Source: Chthoniobacterales bacterium
Lineage (GTDB): Bacteria > Verrucomicrobiota > Verrucomicrobiia > Chthoniobacterales > JACTMZ01
Direction: 5' to 3'
Assembly (NCBI GenBank): GCA_017853515.1
Contig: JAFMJK010000003.1
Span: 1 to 34,882 of the forward strand
Length of the DNA: 34,882 bases
Shown here: positions 25,467 through 34,882 of the stretch, one piece after another
Layout of the letters: each line of letters begins with the position of its first letter
Numbering within the stretch: position 1 is the first letter of the stretch
Program-made: the position numbers and the translations under genes
The notes under the pieces: model-generated
Database searches by the model: none
Told to the model about the DNA's origin: nothing
What the model saw: the letters and a program-made list of their open reading frames with translations, nothing else

Positions 25467-26570
25467 ATGACGACGGAGACTCTCGATCCGCAGATCGCCG
25501 CCCGTCAGCGACGCAAGAGGTTGATCGTCACGGTCATCGTGGCCAGTATTGCCGTGCACTTCATCGGCGCGATTGGAGCCGGTATCTGGATCGTCGCGCG
25601 CTATTTTCTCCCGCCGGCCGCCACGTTCGAAGTGAAGAAGGAAATCCGCATCGCCGCCGAGGAGCGCGAGCACCGCATGAACATGGCGGAGTTCGACGCG
25701 GCGCAGCCCAAGCCGACTTTCACCGACAAGATGTCTTCGGCGCGGCCGACGGAGTTCGCGCTGCCCGACTTGCCGCTCCTGCCGGTGGACACGGCGACTA
25801 CGCTCGATCCGAGCGACATCGTGTCCGATCAACTCTCCGCCCTCGCCGGCGCAGGCGCCGGCGCGGGAACCGGATCCGGCGGCGGGGGGAAGAGTGGCTC
25901 GGCGGTCAGTTTCTTCGGTATTTCCGACATGGCCACGCGCGTCATTATCGTCGTCGATGTTTCCAACACGATGTTCGACCGCCAGCCCGGCAAGTTCCAC
26001 GCGGTCAAGACGGAGGTGGCCAAGCTCATCCAGGGCCTGGGGATCAACACCCTTTTCAATGTCATCATCTACGAGGGCGGATCGGTCGCCATGTTCCCCG
26101 AACCGCAGCCGGCTTCGGATGGCAACAAAGCCAAGGCGGCCGCTTGGGTGGAAAGTGTCGATGGAGGCAGCGACAAGTCGGGCGCGTCCTACAAGAGCAA
26201 ATACAGCCAGATGGGCACCGGCCTTTACGAAGGCGGAGGCACGCGCACCGATACCGCGCTGAAGCAGGCGCTGTCCATGCGGCCGAGCACGGTTTTTCTC
26301 ATCACCGACGGCGAGATGAGCCGGATGGGTGGCGGCGCGCCCGCCGAAGAGGAAGACCGCAAGAAGGATGACGGTGCGAGCTCCGATATCACCGAGGCCG
26401 AGTTGCTCCGCATGATCAAAGACCTGCAGGGCAAAATGGAGCAGCCCGCGAGGATCCACGTGGTTCATTTTCTGACCAAAGCCGCGCGCGACGAGGAGGA
26501 AAAAGTGTTGCGCTCGGTGGCGCGGCGCAACGACGGCCGCTTCCAACAGGTCAAAGCCGAGGATTACTGA
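25467..26570 (+). CDS. Membrane-anchored von Willebrand factor A (vWA) domain protein
   Basis: N-terminal TM (LIVTVIVASIAVHFIGAIGAGIWIV), Pro/Thr-rich then Gly-rich linker, vWA strands IIVVDVSNTM, FNVIIY, GGGTRT..AL..AL, VFLITDG, IHVVHF, VARRNDGRF. Confidence 0.85.
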   Translation: MTTETLDPQIAARQRRKRLIVTVIVASIAVHFIGAIGAGIWIVARYFLPPAATFEVKKEIRIAAEEREHRMNMAEFDAAQPKPTFTDKMSSARPTEFALPDLPLLPVDTATTLDPSDIVSDQLSALAGAGAGAGTGSGGGGKSGSAVSFFGISDMATRVIIVVDVSNTMFDRQPGKFHAVKTEVAKLIQGLGINTLFNVIIYEGGSVAMFPEPQPASDGNKAKAAAWVESVDGGSDKSGASYKSKYSQMGTGLYEGGGTRTDTALKQALSMRPSTVFLITDGEMSRMGGGAPAEEEDRKKDDGASSDITEAELLRMIKDLQGKMEQPARIHVVHFLTKAARDEEEKVLRSVARRNDGRFQQVKAEDY

Positions 26571-26624
26571 TTCGGCTCCACTTCATGCTGGCCGAAGTGG
26601 CGGTCGCCGTTTAGAAGGAAATGA

Positions 26625-27347
26625 ATGGTGGAAATCCTGGAGAAACTTCTCCTCCTGCAGGAGCGCGATCAGAAGCTGCAGGCTTTTCACCATGAGATCA
26701 ACGGCGTGCCGGGTGAGAAAGCCGCGTTGCAGAGGGAGCTCGATGCCGCCCAGCGCACGCTGGAGAACGACAAAGCCCGCGCCACCCAGATCGAAATCGA
26801 GCGCAAGCGGCTCGAGGTCGAGGCCGATGCCAAGCGTGCGCAGATCGCCAAATACCAGACGCAGCAACTCGAGACGCGCAAGAACGAGGAGTATTCCGCG
26901 CTGAAGCACGAGATCGAGCGCGCGCAGTCGGACATCACATCGATCGAAGACCGCGAACTCGAACTGATGCAGGAATTCGAAGATCTCAAGCCGGTCATTG
27001 CCGCGGCCGACGCGAAATACACCGCCGAAAAAAACCGCGTCGCCGCGCTGGTCAAAACGGCCGACGAAAAAGTCGGCGTGCTGCAGGGCCGGGCAGCCGA
27101 ATTGCAAGTCGAGCGCGAGGCGGTTGCCGCGGAAGTCAAAGCGGCCGACGAGGATCTTTTCGAGCTCTACGAGAAATTGTTCCGCTCCAAAACCGGGCGT
27201 GCCGTCGTTCCGCTCGAAGGCAACCACTGCTCGGGGTGCCACATGACCGTCACCCCCGCCACGCTGCGCGATGCCAAAGTCGGCGCTAGCGTCGTCTCCT
27301 GCGAGCAGTGCGGACGGATTATCTACAACCTGCCGGAGTACGCGTAG
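26625..27347 (+). CDS. Coiled-coil protein with C4-type zinc ribbon (DUF164 / CT398 / HP0958-like)
   Basis: Long heptad-rich helix, KNEEYSAL.HEI, C-terminal CSGCHM...CEQCGRIIY. Confidence 0.88.
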   Translation: MVEILEKLLLLQERDQKLQAFHHEINGVPGEKAALQRELDAAQRTLENDKARATQIEIERKRLEVEADAKRAQIAKYQTQQLETRKNEEYSALKHEIERAQSDITSIEDRELELMQEFEDLKPVIAAADAKYTAEKNRVAALVKTADEKVGVLQGRAAELQVEREAVAAEVKAADEDLFELYEKLFRSKTGRAVVPLEGNHCSGCHMTVTPATLRDAKVGASVVSCEQCGRIIYNLPEYA

Positions 27348-27350
27348 AAA

Positions 27351-29234
27351 TTAGTGCCCGTTGGCGCCGTTGCCGTTGGTTCCGGCGCCGCGCGGCTCGA
27401 ACTCATCGCGGAATTTTCCGACAAAGCTCTGCGTCGGCCACGCGCAGGCTTCCCCGAAAGCGCAGACCGTTCGGCCGGCGATGTTGTCCGCGATACCGAC
27501 GAGTTGCTTGGCGTCGGTCGTCTTGATGTCGCCGTGGAGCATGCGCGTGGTGACCTTGGACATCCACAGGCTGCCCTCGCGGCAAGGCGTGCACTGCCCG
27601 CAGCTCTCGTGAGCGTAAAAGTCGTTGATGTTGTTGAGCACCCAGAGCATGTCGCGCGAATCGTCGAGGATCATGACGCCCGCGCTGCCGATCATGGAGC
27701 CGGCGGCGGCCAATGAGTTCGCATCCATGACCAGATCCATGAGGTCGACCTCGACCGTGGTTTCGGCGCCATCGGGACCTTTGCGCTTCATTTTGAATTT
27801 CTCCCCGGCCTTGAGCACTTTGGCCGAGCTGCCGCCGGGAATGATGGCCTTGAGTTTCCGTCCGGGCTTCATTCCCCCGCACAGTTCGATGAGCTGGCCG
27901 ACGGTGACTTGGCCGCATCCGAGTTCGTAAAATCCCGGGTTCCGCACATCGCCGCTGACGCCCAAGGTGCGCGTGCCGCCGTCGCCCGGCGACCCGAGTT
28001 TGGCGAATTCCGCGCTGCCCATCGCGATGATGTGCTTCACGTGGCAGAGGGTTTCGACGTTGTTGACGATGGTCGGGCAGTTGTAGAGACCGAAGACCGC
28101 GGGGAAGAAAGGCGGTTTGATGCGCGGGTAGGGGCGCTTGCCCTCGAGCGATTCGAGGAGGCTTGTCTCCTCGCCGCAAATGTAGGCGCCGGCTCCCTGG
28201 TGGACATAAATGTCGCAGTCGAATCCGGAGCCGAGGACGTTCTTGCCGATGAAGCCGCGCTCGCGGGCCTCGGCGATGGCTTTGGTCACGATGCGCGCCG
28301 CTTCGGGGAACTCGCAGCGGATGTAGATGTAGCTGAGGTGCACATTGAGCGCCCAGGCGGCGATCATCATGCCCTCGAGCAACTGGTGCGGATCCTCGTG
28401 CAGGATGTAGCGGTCTTTGAAAGTGCCCGGCTCGGACTCGTCGCCGTTGACCACGAGATAGTGGGGCTTGCCGTCCTCGCGTTTGATGAAGCTCCACTTC
28501 ACGCCGCACGGGAATCCAGCGCCGCCGCGCCCCCGCAGGCCCGAGGCCTTCACCTCGTTGACGATTTCGTCCGGCTTCATGCCCAGCGCTTTCTTCAAGG
28601 ACTCGTAGCCGCCGTTCCGGAGGTAACAATCGATCGAAGCGTCATAGTCTTCCCGCCCGACATGGCGCAGGACCAAGCGCCGCTCCGCGGGATGCGGCGC
28701 GCGGATCGTCTTGCGGTAGCCGGTCTCTCGTCCGAGCAACGAGGCGGCGTCTTCGGGAGCGATGCGTTCGTGCAGATCGTCGCCGACCATGGCGACCGGT
28801 GCGCTGCCGCAGCTGGCCAGGCACTCGACAAATTCGATGGTGCAGCTGCCGTCCGGTGCGGTCACCTCGTGCGCATGATCGTCATGGTCGGTGTCGCAAC
28901 CCGCCGCGCGGCAGAGATTCTTGTGCAGGTCGTAGGATCCGGCCATGGCGCATGAGAGAGTGCGGCAAACGCGGATGATTTTCCTCCCCGGCGCCGTCTG
29001 GCGGAACCACGGGTAAAACGTGACCAGTTCGAGAATATTGATCGGCTCGAGTTCGAGACGGCGCGCGATCCAGTCGACCCCGCTGTCGTCGATCCAGCCG
29101 AAGTGATTCTGCCAGAGGTGGAGAAGGGGGAGGGACGCGCTCCGCTTCGAGACGGGGTAGTGGGTGACGGCCTCGTCAACGGCGGCCAGAAGGCCCTGCG
29201 GGATATTGTCGGCTTGGCGGGACGTGGCGGTCAT
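27351..29234 (-). CDS. nuoEF: Fused NADH-quinone oxidoreductase subunits E and F
   Basis: NuoE part: VTFYPWF, CRTLSC...ECLASC 2Fe-2S ligands. NuoF part: [54 protein letters not shown]...C. Single continuous frame. ATG 29234 (alternative TTG 29243). Confidence 0.93.
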   Translation of the reverse strand: MTATSRQADNIPQGLLAAVDEAVTHYPVSKRSASLPLLHLWQNHFGWIDDSGVDWIARRLELEPINILELVTFYPWFRQTAPGRKIIRVCRTLSCAMAGSYDLHKNLCRAAGCDTDHDDHAHEVTAPDGSCTIEFVECLASCGSAPVAMVGDDLHERIAPEDAASLLGRETGYRKTIRAPHPAERRLVLRHVGREDYDASIDCYLRNGGYESLKKALGMKPDEIVNEVKASGLRGRGGAGFPCGVKWSFIKREDGKPHYLVVNGDESEPGTFKDRYILHEDPHQLLEGMMIAAWALNVHLSYIYIRCEFPEAARIVTKAIAEARERGFIGKNVLGSGFDCDIYVHQGAGAYICGEETSLLESLEGKRPYPRIKPPFFPAVFGLYNCPTIVNNVETLCHVKHIIAMGSAEFAKLGSPGDGGTRTLGVSGDVRNPGFYELGCGQVTVGQLIELCGGMKPGRKLKAIIPGGSSAKVLKAGEKFKMKRKGPDGAETTVEVDLMDLVMDANSLAAAGSMIGSAGVMILDDSRDMLWVLNNINDFYAHESCGQCTPCREGSLWMSKVTTRMLHGDIKTTDAKQLVGIADNIAGRTVCAFGEACAWPTQSFVGKFRDEFEPRGAGTNGNGANGH

Positions 29235-29358
29235 GAACGGCAATTAGTCCTTCAAGGATACGTCCGCTTCAAGAAAAACGATGCTTCGGGCGCCCCGCGG
29301 CGCTTGCCAGCCTGCGGGGAGCCTGCGAAAATGGAAGCCAATCAAAGAAAGGCCATTC

Positions 29359-29658
29359 ATGAGCGAAAAAACATCCCAAGAAGCGAATCACAAATTCCAA
29401 AGCAGCAAGACTCACGCGGCCGAAGCGGCGCGCGAATTGCGCGAGGCGGCGGCGGCCAAAGCCCACGATTTGCGGGAAACTCTGACCGAGCGTGCGGGTG
29501 AATACCGCGAACGGGCCAACCGCGTTTGGTCGGACACATCCGTGCGCGCACGCGGTCTTCAGGACGACGGCGAGGACTACATCCGCGAGAACCCTCTGCA
29601 GGCCGTCGGCATTGCCCTGGCCGCGGGATTCGTTCTCGGCCTGATCCTGCGCCGTTGA
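29359..29658 (+). CDS. DUF883 / ElaB-YqjD family tail-anchored membrane protein
   Basis: C-terminal YIRENPLQAVGIALAAGFVLGLILRR signature, helical N-terminus, ATG 29359 after AAAGG. Confidence 0.9.
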   Translation: MSEKTSQEANHKFQSSKTHAAEAARELREAAAAKAHDLRETLTERAGEYRERANRVWSDTSVRARGLQDDGEDYIRENPLQAVGIALAAGFVLGLILRR

Positions 29659-29669
29659 CCGGACGCCAA

Positions 29670-30074
29670 ATGCAATCGTCACCCGGCGCGGATCAACCGG
29701 CGTCGCCGGAGCCGCCAGGGCTTTCCGCTGCGGCTTCCGACTTCTCCGCTTCGGCCATCCGTTTTTCCCGCGCGCTGACCGGACTTCTCGGTCTGGAATT
29801 GCGCGAGTCGGGATGGCACGCGCTCGTGCTCACCGCTCTCGGGATCGCCCTGCTGCTCGCCTTGGTTTTCGGCTACATTTTTCTCCTGCTGGCCGCGGGA
29901 CTCGCGGTGGTCAAAGTATTCGGTGCGGGCCTGATGTCCACCTTGCTCGGCTTGGGATTGTTCCATGTGCTCGTTGCCGTGGCGCTGGTGCTCGTGCTGC
30001 GCGTGCGGATCAGACGTCCGATCTTCCCCGGGACGCGCGAGGCGGTGCGGCGCGAAGCGGAACGCCTGTCATGA
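29670..30074 (+). CDS. YqjE-like membrane protein (so-called phage holin family)
   Basis: LLGLELRE motif followed by two long hydrophobic segments and FPGTREAVRRE. Directly follows DUF883. Confidence 0.75.
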   Translation: MQSSPGADQPASPEPPGLSAAASDFSASAIRFSRALTGLLGLELRESGWHALVLTALGIALLLALVFGYIFLLLAAGLAVVKVFGAGLMSTLLGLGLFHVLVAVALVLVLRVRIRRPIFPGTREAVRREAERLS

Positions 30075-30403
30075 ACCGGGAAGATTATCTGCGCGAGTTG
30101 GACTCCGCCGGGCGCGAACTCAGGCGCAGCGGCGCGGATCTCGTTTCCGCGGCCAATCCCATCAACCAGCTTCGCCACGGCGTGGCCCACGAGTGGAAAT
30201 GGTGGTTGCCGGGTGCTTCGGTCGCGGGGTTCGCTTTGGCGCGCTTCCTCCGGCGTCCCGCGCGTCAAGCGAAGACGGCCGGGCGCGATGCCGCGCAGAC
30301 GGGCGCCGCTTTTTGGATTCCGCTGCTGGTCAAACTCCTGCCGGCTGCCTTGGCGCAACTGGCTCCTCTTCTTTTGAGTTTGCGCTCGGGGCGAAAGCCG
30401 TAG
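30071..30403 (+). CDS. Small membrane-associated hypothetical protein, YqjK-like position
   Basis: ATGA overlap with the previous gene. Amphipathic N-terminus, WWLPGASVAGFALA hydrophobic segment. Third gene of a yqjDEK-like triplet. Confidence 0.7.
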   Translation: MNREDYLRELDSAGRELRRSGADLVSAANPINQLRHGVAHEWKWWLPGASVAGFALARFLRRPARQAKTAGRDAAQTGAAFWIPLLVKLLPAALAQLAPLLLSLRSGRKP

Positions 30404-30422
30404 AAACCTTCGCGCCAACGCT

Positions 30423-31553
30423 GTGTCTGCCGCCCCGGAACAAAGCATCGTCGAAGTCGTCGAGGAGAACCCGCCTGCCGTCCATGTGCTGCACCATGTG
30501 GACCAATACTTGGCCATCGGCAAGGAGTCCGGCGCATCGGACATCCATCTGAGCGTCAACCTGCGGCCGACGTGGCGCCGCTTCGGGACGCTCGAGCCGA
30601 TCTGGTTGCAGGCGGACAAATTGACCGCGGCCGATACCGAGCGCCTGGCCATGAGTTTTCTCGATGAAGCCCAGAAAAAGCTGCTCGAGGAGCGGGGCGA
30701 TGTGGACTTTGCCTATACCAACGAAAACGGACGCTACCGCACGAGCGTGGTGCGGCACCGTTTGGGTTACGACCTCGTTTTCCGGATCATCCAGGCAAGC
30801 GTGCGTTCCATGGACGAACTTGGACTGCCGCCGCAACTCAAGCTTCTCACCCAATTTCAGAACGGGTTGGTTCTGGTCACGGGTTCGGTCGGCAGCGGCA
30901 AGAGCACGACGCTTGCCGCGCTGGTCGAGGAGGTGAACCGCACGCGCCACGAACACATCATCACGCTGGAGGATCCGATCGAATACCTTTTCACCCCGCA
31001 GGGCTGCCAGGTGAACCAGCGCGAAGTGCACACCCATACCGAATCGTTCGGCGCCGCGCTGCGCGGTGCTTTGCGCGAGGATCCGGATGTCATCATGGTC
31101 GGCGAAATGCGCGATCTGGAGACCATCTCGCTGGCCATCACGGCCTCGGAGACCGGCCACTTGGTGCTCGGCACCCTGCACACCGGCAATGCGGCACGAA
31201 CGCTTGACCGCTTGCTCGACGTCTTCCCGGTCGACCAGCGCGAACAGATCCGCACCATGGTCAGCGAGTCGTTGCGCGGGATCATTTCCCAGCAACTCGT
31301 GCCGCGCGCCGACGGAGCGGGCCGGGCGCTGGCCATCGAAATTCTCATGAACACCCCGGCGGTGGCCAACGTCATCCGTGAATCGAAAACGTTCATGCTT
31401 CCCGGGATCATCCAGACGGGCAAAAAGCTGGGCATGAAGCTGATGGATGATTCATTGGCCGACCTCTACCGTGCGGGACTCATCTCCGCCGACGAAGCGG
31501 TGTCGCGCGCCGAGCAGAAGCCGGCCATGAAGCAAATCTGCGGCGTCATCTGA
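30423..31553 (+). CDS. pilT: Type IV pilus retraction ATPase, PilT family (copy 1)
   Basis: Motifs GASDIHL, Walker A GSVGSGKSTT, ITLEDPIE, ALREDPDVIMVGEMRD, ETGHLVLGTLH, AVANVIRE. Confidence 0.9.
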   Translation: MSAAPEQSIVEVVEENPPAVHVLHHVDQYLAIGKESGASDIHLSVNLRPTWRRFGTLEPIWLQADKLTAADTERLAMSFLDEAQKKLLEERGDVDFAYTNENGRYRTSVVRHRLGYDLVFRIIQASVRSMDELGLPPQLKLLTQFQNGLVLVTGSVGSGKSTTLAALVEEVNRTRHEHIITLEDPIEYLFTPQGCQVNQREVHTHTESFGAALRGALREDPDVIMVGEMRDLETISLAITASETGHLVLGTLHTGNAARTLDRLLDVFPVDQREQIRTMVSESLRGIISQQLVPRADGAGRALAIEILMNTPAVANVIRESKTFMLPGIIQTGKKLGMKLMDDSLADLYRAGLISADEAVSRAEQKPAMKQICGVI

Positions 31554-31558
31554 CTTTT

Positions 31559-32659
31559 ATGGCCCACCGTATCGACCAACTTTTCGAAGTGCTGATCAAC
31601 GCGGGCGCTTCCGATCTGCATTTGGCCGAAGGCCAACCGCCGAAGATCCGCCGTCATGGCGACGTCATTCCAATCCGCGACGAGGTGCTCACCGCGGACG
31701 AAATGAACTACATGCTCAGCGAGATCTGCACGCCGAAGAACTGGGAGCGGTTCCAGAACAAAGGCGACCTCGACTTCGCCTACGAGATGAACGAGGACAG
31801 CCGGTTCCGCTGCAATTATTTCAAGCAGGTGCACGGCTTGGGCGCCGTCTTCCGGTTGATCCCGACGCGCATCGCCACGATCGACGAATTGGGCCTTCCT
31901 CCGGTCATCAAGGAGTTCGGTCACCTCCGCGGGGGCCTTGTCCTCGTCACCGGCCCGACCGGATCCGGCAAGAGCACGACCCTGGCCGCGCTCATGGACT
32001 ACATCAACACCAACTTCGCCCGCCACATCGTCACGGTGGAGGAGCCGATCGAGTTCGTGCACTCGAACAAGAGCAGCATCATCACGCAGCGCGAGGTTCC
32101 CGAACACTCGGCGAATTTTCCGGCGGGACTGAAGGCGGCGCTGCGCGAGGATTCCGATATCGTCCTCGTCGGCGAGATGCGCGACTTGGAGACAATATCG
32201 CTGGCTTTGACCGCTGCGGAAACGGGCCTGCTTGTTTTCGGAACGTTGCACACCAACAACGCGCGCAAGACGGTCGACCGCATGATCGATGTCTTTCCCT
32301 CGGACCAGCAGGCGCAGGTCCGCACCATGCTCGCGTCTTCGCTGCGGGGTGTGGTCGCGCAGTTGCTGCTCAAGCGGCACGACGGCGGCGGGCGCATTGC
32401 CGTGAACGAAATTCTCGTCGTCAACAGCGCGGTCGGGGCCATCATTCGCGAGGGGGCCACGCAGAAGTTGCAGGACGCCATCGTGGGCGGCAAGGCGCAG
32501 GGCATGCAATTCATGGACGATGCCATCTGGGCCCAACTCCAGCAGGGACACGTTTCACCGCACGAGGCCTTCATGAAGGCGATCGACAAGAGCCGCTTCA
32601 AAGCATTTCTCCCGGAGGAGGAGGCCCAGCTGGCCAACTCGGCCGGTGGCGCCGCGTAG
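31559..32659 (+). CDS. pilT: Type IV pilus retraction ATPase, PilT/PilU family (copy 2)
   Basis: Motifs GASDLHL, Walker [54 protein letters not shown]. Confidence 0.85.
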   Translation: MAHRIDQLFEVLINAGASDLHLAEGQPPKIRRHGDVIPIRDEVLTADEMNYMLSEICTPKNWERFQNKGDLDFAYEMNEDSRFRCNYFKQVHGLGAVFRLIPTRIATIDELGLPPVIKEFGHLRGGLVLVTGPTGSGKSTTLAALMDYINTNFARHIVTVEEPIEFVHSNKSSIITQREVPEHSANFPAGLKAALREDSDIVLVGEMRDLETISLALTAAETGLLVFGTLHTNNARKTVDRMIDVFPSDQQAQVRTMLASSLRGVVAQLLLKRHDGGGRIAVNEILVVNSAVGAIIREGATQKLQDAIVGGKAQGMQFMDDAIWAQLQQGHVSPHEAFMKAIDKSRFKAFLPEEEAQLANSAGGAA

Positions 32660-32747
32660 GAAGCGCCTCTTTCGCCCCTTGCCGGGGAAGGCCGGGCCCG
32701 ATATTTGTTTGCCTCCGCGAGGGCCACGCCCGGCGCCACTATCTCCC

Positions 32748-34882
32748 ATGAAGCCGACCGTATCCCCCGAAGAATTGGCCGCCTTTCTCGAGGCCCGGCA
32801 CGGCGATCCTTTCCAGACGCTCGGGATGCGTCGGGCGGGCAATTTCATCGCGGTGCGCACGTTCCGCCCGGATTGCGCCGCGGTGAGCGTGGTCGATGCC
32901 GGAGACCGCACGAAGGTTTTTGCCGCTGCAAAAATTCATCCCGACGGATTTTTCGAGGCGGTGCTGCCCAAGGGCGAAAAGGAGTTTCCGTATCTGCTGC
33001 GCTTGAAGAGCCACGCGGGCGAAGAGTGGGAAGAGCGCGATCCGTATTCCTTCGGGCGGGTTCTCGGCGAAACCGACGTGCACCTTTACGCCGAGGGCAA
33101 CCACTGGGACATTTACCGCAAGCTTGGCGCGCATCTTTGCACGGTCGAAGGCGTGGCCGGAGTGAGTTTCAGCGTCTGGGCCCCGAACGCGCAGCGCGTC
33201 AGCGTGGCCGGTGATTTCAACAATTGGGACGGCCGCGTGCACGTCATGCGCAAGCTCCTCGGCAGCGGCATCTGGGAAATTTTCATCCCCGGAGTCAGGG
33301 AGGGAGCGCACTACAAGTTCGAGATCAAAGGACAACACGGCAACGTTTTTCTCAAGAGTGATCCGTTCGCCTTCTACGGTCAGCACGGACTGCAAACCGC
33401 ATCGATCGTCTACGATCTCGACCGCTTCAAGTGGTCCGACCAGGGTTGGATGGACTATCGCGCCAAACAGGAGTGGCACCGCAAGCCGCTCAGCATCTAC
33501 GAAGTCCATCTCGGTTCATGGCAACGCATGGCCGACGATCACAACCGGCCGCTCAGTTACGTCGAACTCTCCCAGCGCCTTATCCCTTACTGCCTCGAGA
33601 TGGGATTCACCCACATCGAACTCATGCCCGTGGCCGAGCATCCGTTCGACGGTTCATGGGGCTACCAGGTTGCCGGCTACTACGCGCCGACCAGTCGCTT
33701 CGGTAATCCCGACGAGTTCCGCCATTTCGTCGACAACTGCCACAAAGCCGGCATCGGCGTGATCCTCGACTGGGTGCCGGCGCACTTTCCGAAGGATGCG
33801 CACGGGTTGGCGGAATTCGACGGCACTCATCTCTACGAGCACTCCGACCCGCGCCAAGGCGAACACCGCGACTGGGGCACTTACATTTTCAACTATGGAC
33901 GCAACGAGGTTCGGAATTTCCTCATTGCCAACGCGCTCTTCTGGTTCGAGCAATACCACATCGACGGGATGCGGGTGGACGCCGTGGCTTCCATGCTTTA
34001 CCTGGATTACTCGCGCGAGGGAGGACAATGGGTTCCGAATTGCTACGGTGGACGGGAAAATCTCGAGGCGATTTACTTTCTCAAGCGTTTCAACGAGGTG
34101 AGCTACGAGCGCTTCCCGGGGATCATCACCATCGCGGAGGAATCAACGGCTTGGCCCGGTGTCTCGCGTCCCACCTATCTCGGAGGACTCGGGTTCGGTT
34201 TCAAATGGAACATGGGGTGGATGCACGACTTCCTCCACTACATGAGCCTCGACCCGATCTATCGGCGTTACCATCAGGGCAGTATCACTTTCTCACTGCT
34301 TTACGCGTTCCACGAGCATTTCGTTCTTGTGCTCAGTCACGACGAAGTTGTTCACGGCAAGGGCGCGCTGCTCGGAAAGATGCCCGGCGACATGTGGCAG
34401 AAGTTCGCCAACCTCCGCATGCTCTACGGCCTCATGTGGGCGCACCCCGGGAAAAAACTTCTGTTCCAGGGCGGCGAGTTCGGCCAGTGGGAAGAGTGGC
34501 GCTACAACCAGAGCCTCGACTGGCACCTCACGCAATTCCCGCTGCACGCCGGCCTTTCCCGTTTGGTGCAGCACCTCAACCACATCTACAAAAATTATCC
34601 GGCTTTCTACGAACTGGATGACACCCACGACGGCTTCGAGTGGATCGACTTCCACGATTCGGACAACAGTGTGGTGGCCTTCATGCGCAAGTCGCGCGAC
34701 GGGCAGACCGTCGTTTTTGTCATGAACGGAACCCCGGTCGTGCGCGGCGGTTACCGTCTGGGCGTGCCGAAACCGGGCCATTACAAAGAGATTCTCAATA
34801 CGGACGCCGAAGTTTATGGGGGAAGCAATGTGGGCAACATGGGCGGCGTGGGATCAGAGGCGATACCCTGGCAGGGACGCGA
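32748..34882 (+). CDS. glgB: 1,4-alpha-glucan branching enzyme GlgB (3' end truncated by window)
   Basis: Absent from the ORF track, presumably because its stop lies beyond the window. Translates [22 protein letters not shown]..., [29 protein letters not shown], and catalytic motifs [25 protein letters not shown]. Confidence 0.95.
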   Translation, partial: MKPTVSPEELAAFLEARHGDPFQTLGMRRAGNFIAVRTFRPDCAAVSVVDAGDRTKVFAAAKIHPDGFFEAVLPKGEKEFPYLLRLKSHAGEEWEERDPYSFGRVLGETDVHLYAEGNHWDIYRKLGAHLCTVEGVAGVSFSVWAPNAQRVSVAGDFNNWDGRVHVMRKLLGSGIWEIFIPGVREGAHYKFEIKGQHGNVFLKSDPFAFYGQHGLQTASIVYDLDRFKWSDQGWMDYRAKQEWHRKPLSIYEVHLGSWQRMADDHNRPLSYVELSQRLIPYCLEMGFTHIELMPVAEHPFDGSWGYQVAGYYAPTSRFGNPDEFRHFVDNCHKAGIGVILDWVPAHFPKDAHGLAEFDGTHLYEHSDPRQGEHRDWGTYIFNYGRNEVRNFLIANALFWFEQYHIDGMRVDAVASMLYLDYSREGGQWVPNCYGGRENLEAIYFLKRFNEVSYERFPGIITIAEESTAWPGVSRPTYLGGLGFGFKWNMGWMHDFLHYMSLDPIYRRYHQGSITFSLLYAFHEHFVLVLSHDEVVHGKGALLGKMPGDMWQKFANLRMLYGLMWAHPGKKLLFQGGEFGQWEEWRYNQSLDWHLTQFPLHAGLSRLVQHLNHIYKNYPAFYELDDTHDGFEWIDFHDSDNSVVAFMRKSRDGQTVVFVMNGTPVVRGGYRLGVPKPGHYKEILNTDAEVYGGSNVGNMGGVGSEAIPWQGR

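Noticed and set aside
29670-30074. Prophage holin or prophage remnant
   Set aside because: The context is the cellular yqjDEK-like triplet. No endolysin, integrase or structural phage genes are present.
33211-34781. Several short ORFs on both strands at the right end of the ORF track
   Set aside because: They are alternative frames of glgB, which the track missed because it runs off the window.
1-34882. CRISPR array, tRNA or rRNA genes
   Set aside because: No regularly spaced repeats or recognisable cloverleaf or rRNA sequence. Intergenic gaps are short and largely explained by promoters or REP-like hairpins.

Overview
High-GC bacterial chromosomal window. Gene content and style suggest Verrucomicrobiota/PVC, which is an inference and not a database result. 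It is almost fully coding. In order: a minus-strand branched-chain-amino-acid-type ABC operon (lipoprotein, two tandem LivK-like binding proteins, livH-M-G-F); rlmN; a minus-strand heavy-metal RND efflux operon (TolC/CzcC, MFP, CusA/CzcA-family pump, small His-rich secreted protein) headed by a His-rich upstream ORF ending in IDHPPQLS and a hairpin-rich spacer; a solitary nuoD; a minus-strand luxE-like / hppA / luxC-like / infA cluster; a plus-strand operon of giant TPR protein, secreted protein, ExbB, two ExbD and a membrane-anchored vWA protein with no TonB; a zinc-ribbon coiled-coil protein; a solitary NuoE-NuoF fusion; a DUF883/YqjD-YqjE-YqjK-like triplet followed by two PilT-family ATPases; and glgB running off the right edge. 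GTAG-type REP-like palindromes lie in two intergenic gaps. I recognised no tRNA, rRNA, CRISPR array, transposase or integrase. The best candidates for undescribed systems are (1) the TonB-less TPR-ExbB-ExbD-ExbD-vWA motor operon, (2) the putative metal-sensing arrest-peptide uORF in front of the RND pump, and (3) the luciferase-free LuxE/LuxC pair wrapped around a proton-pumping pyrophosphatase. All product calls rest on motif recognition by eye, and several start codons were re-assigned from the ORF track.
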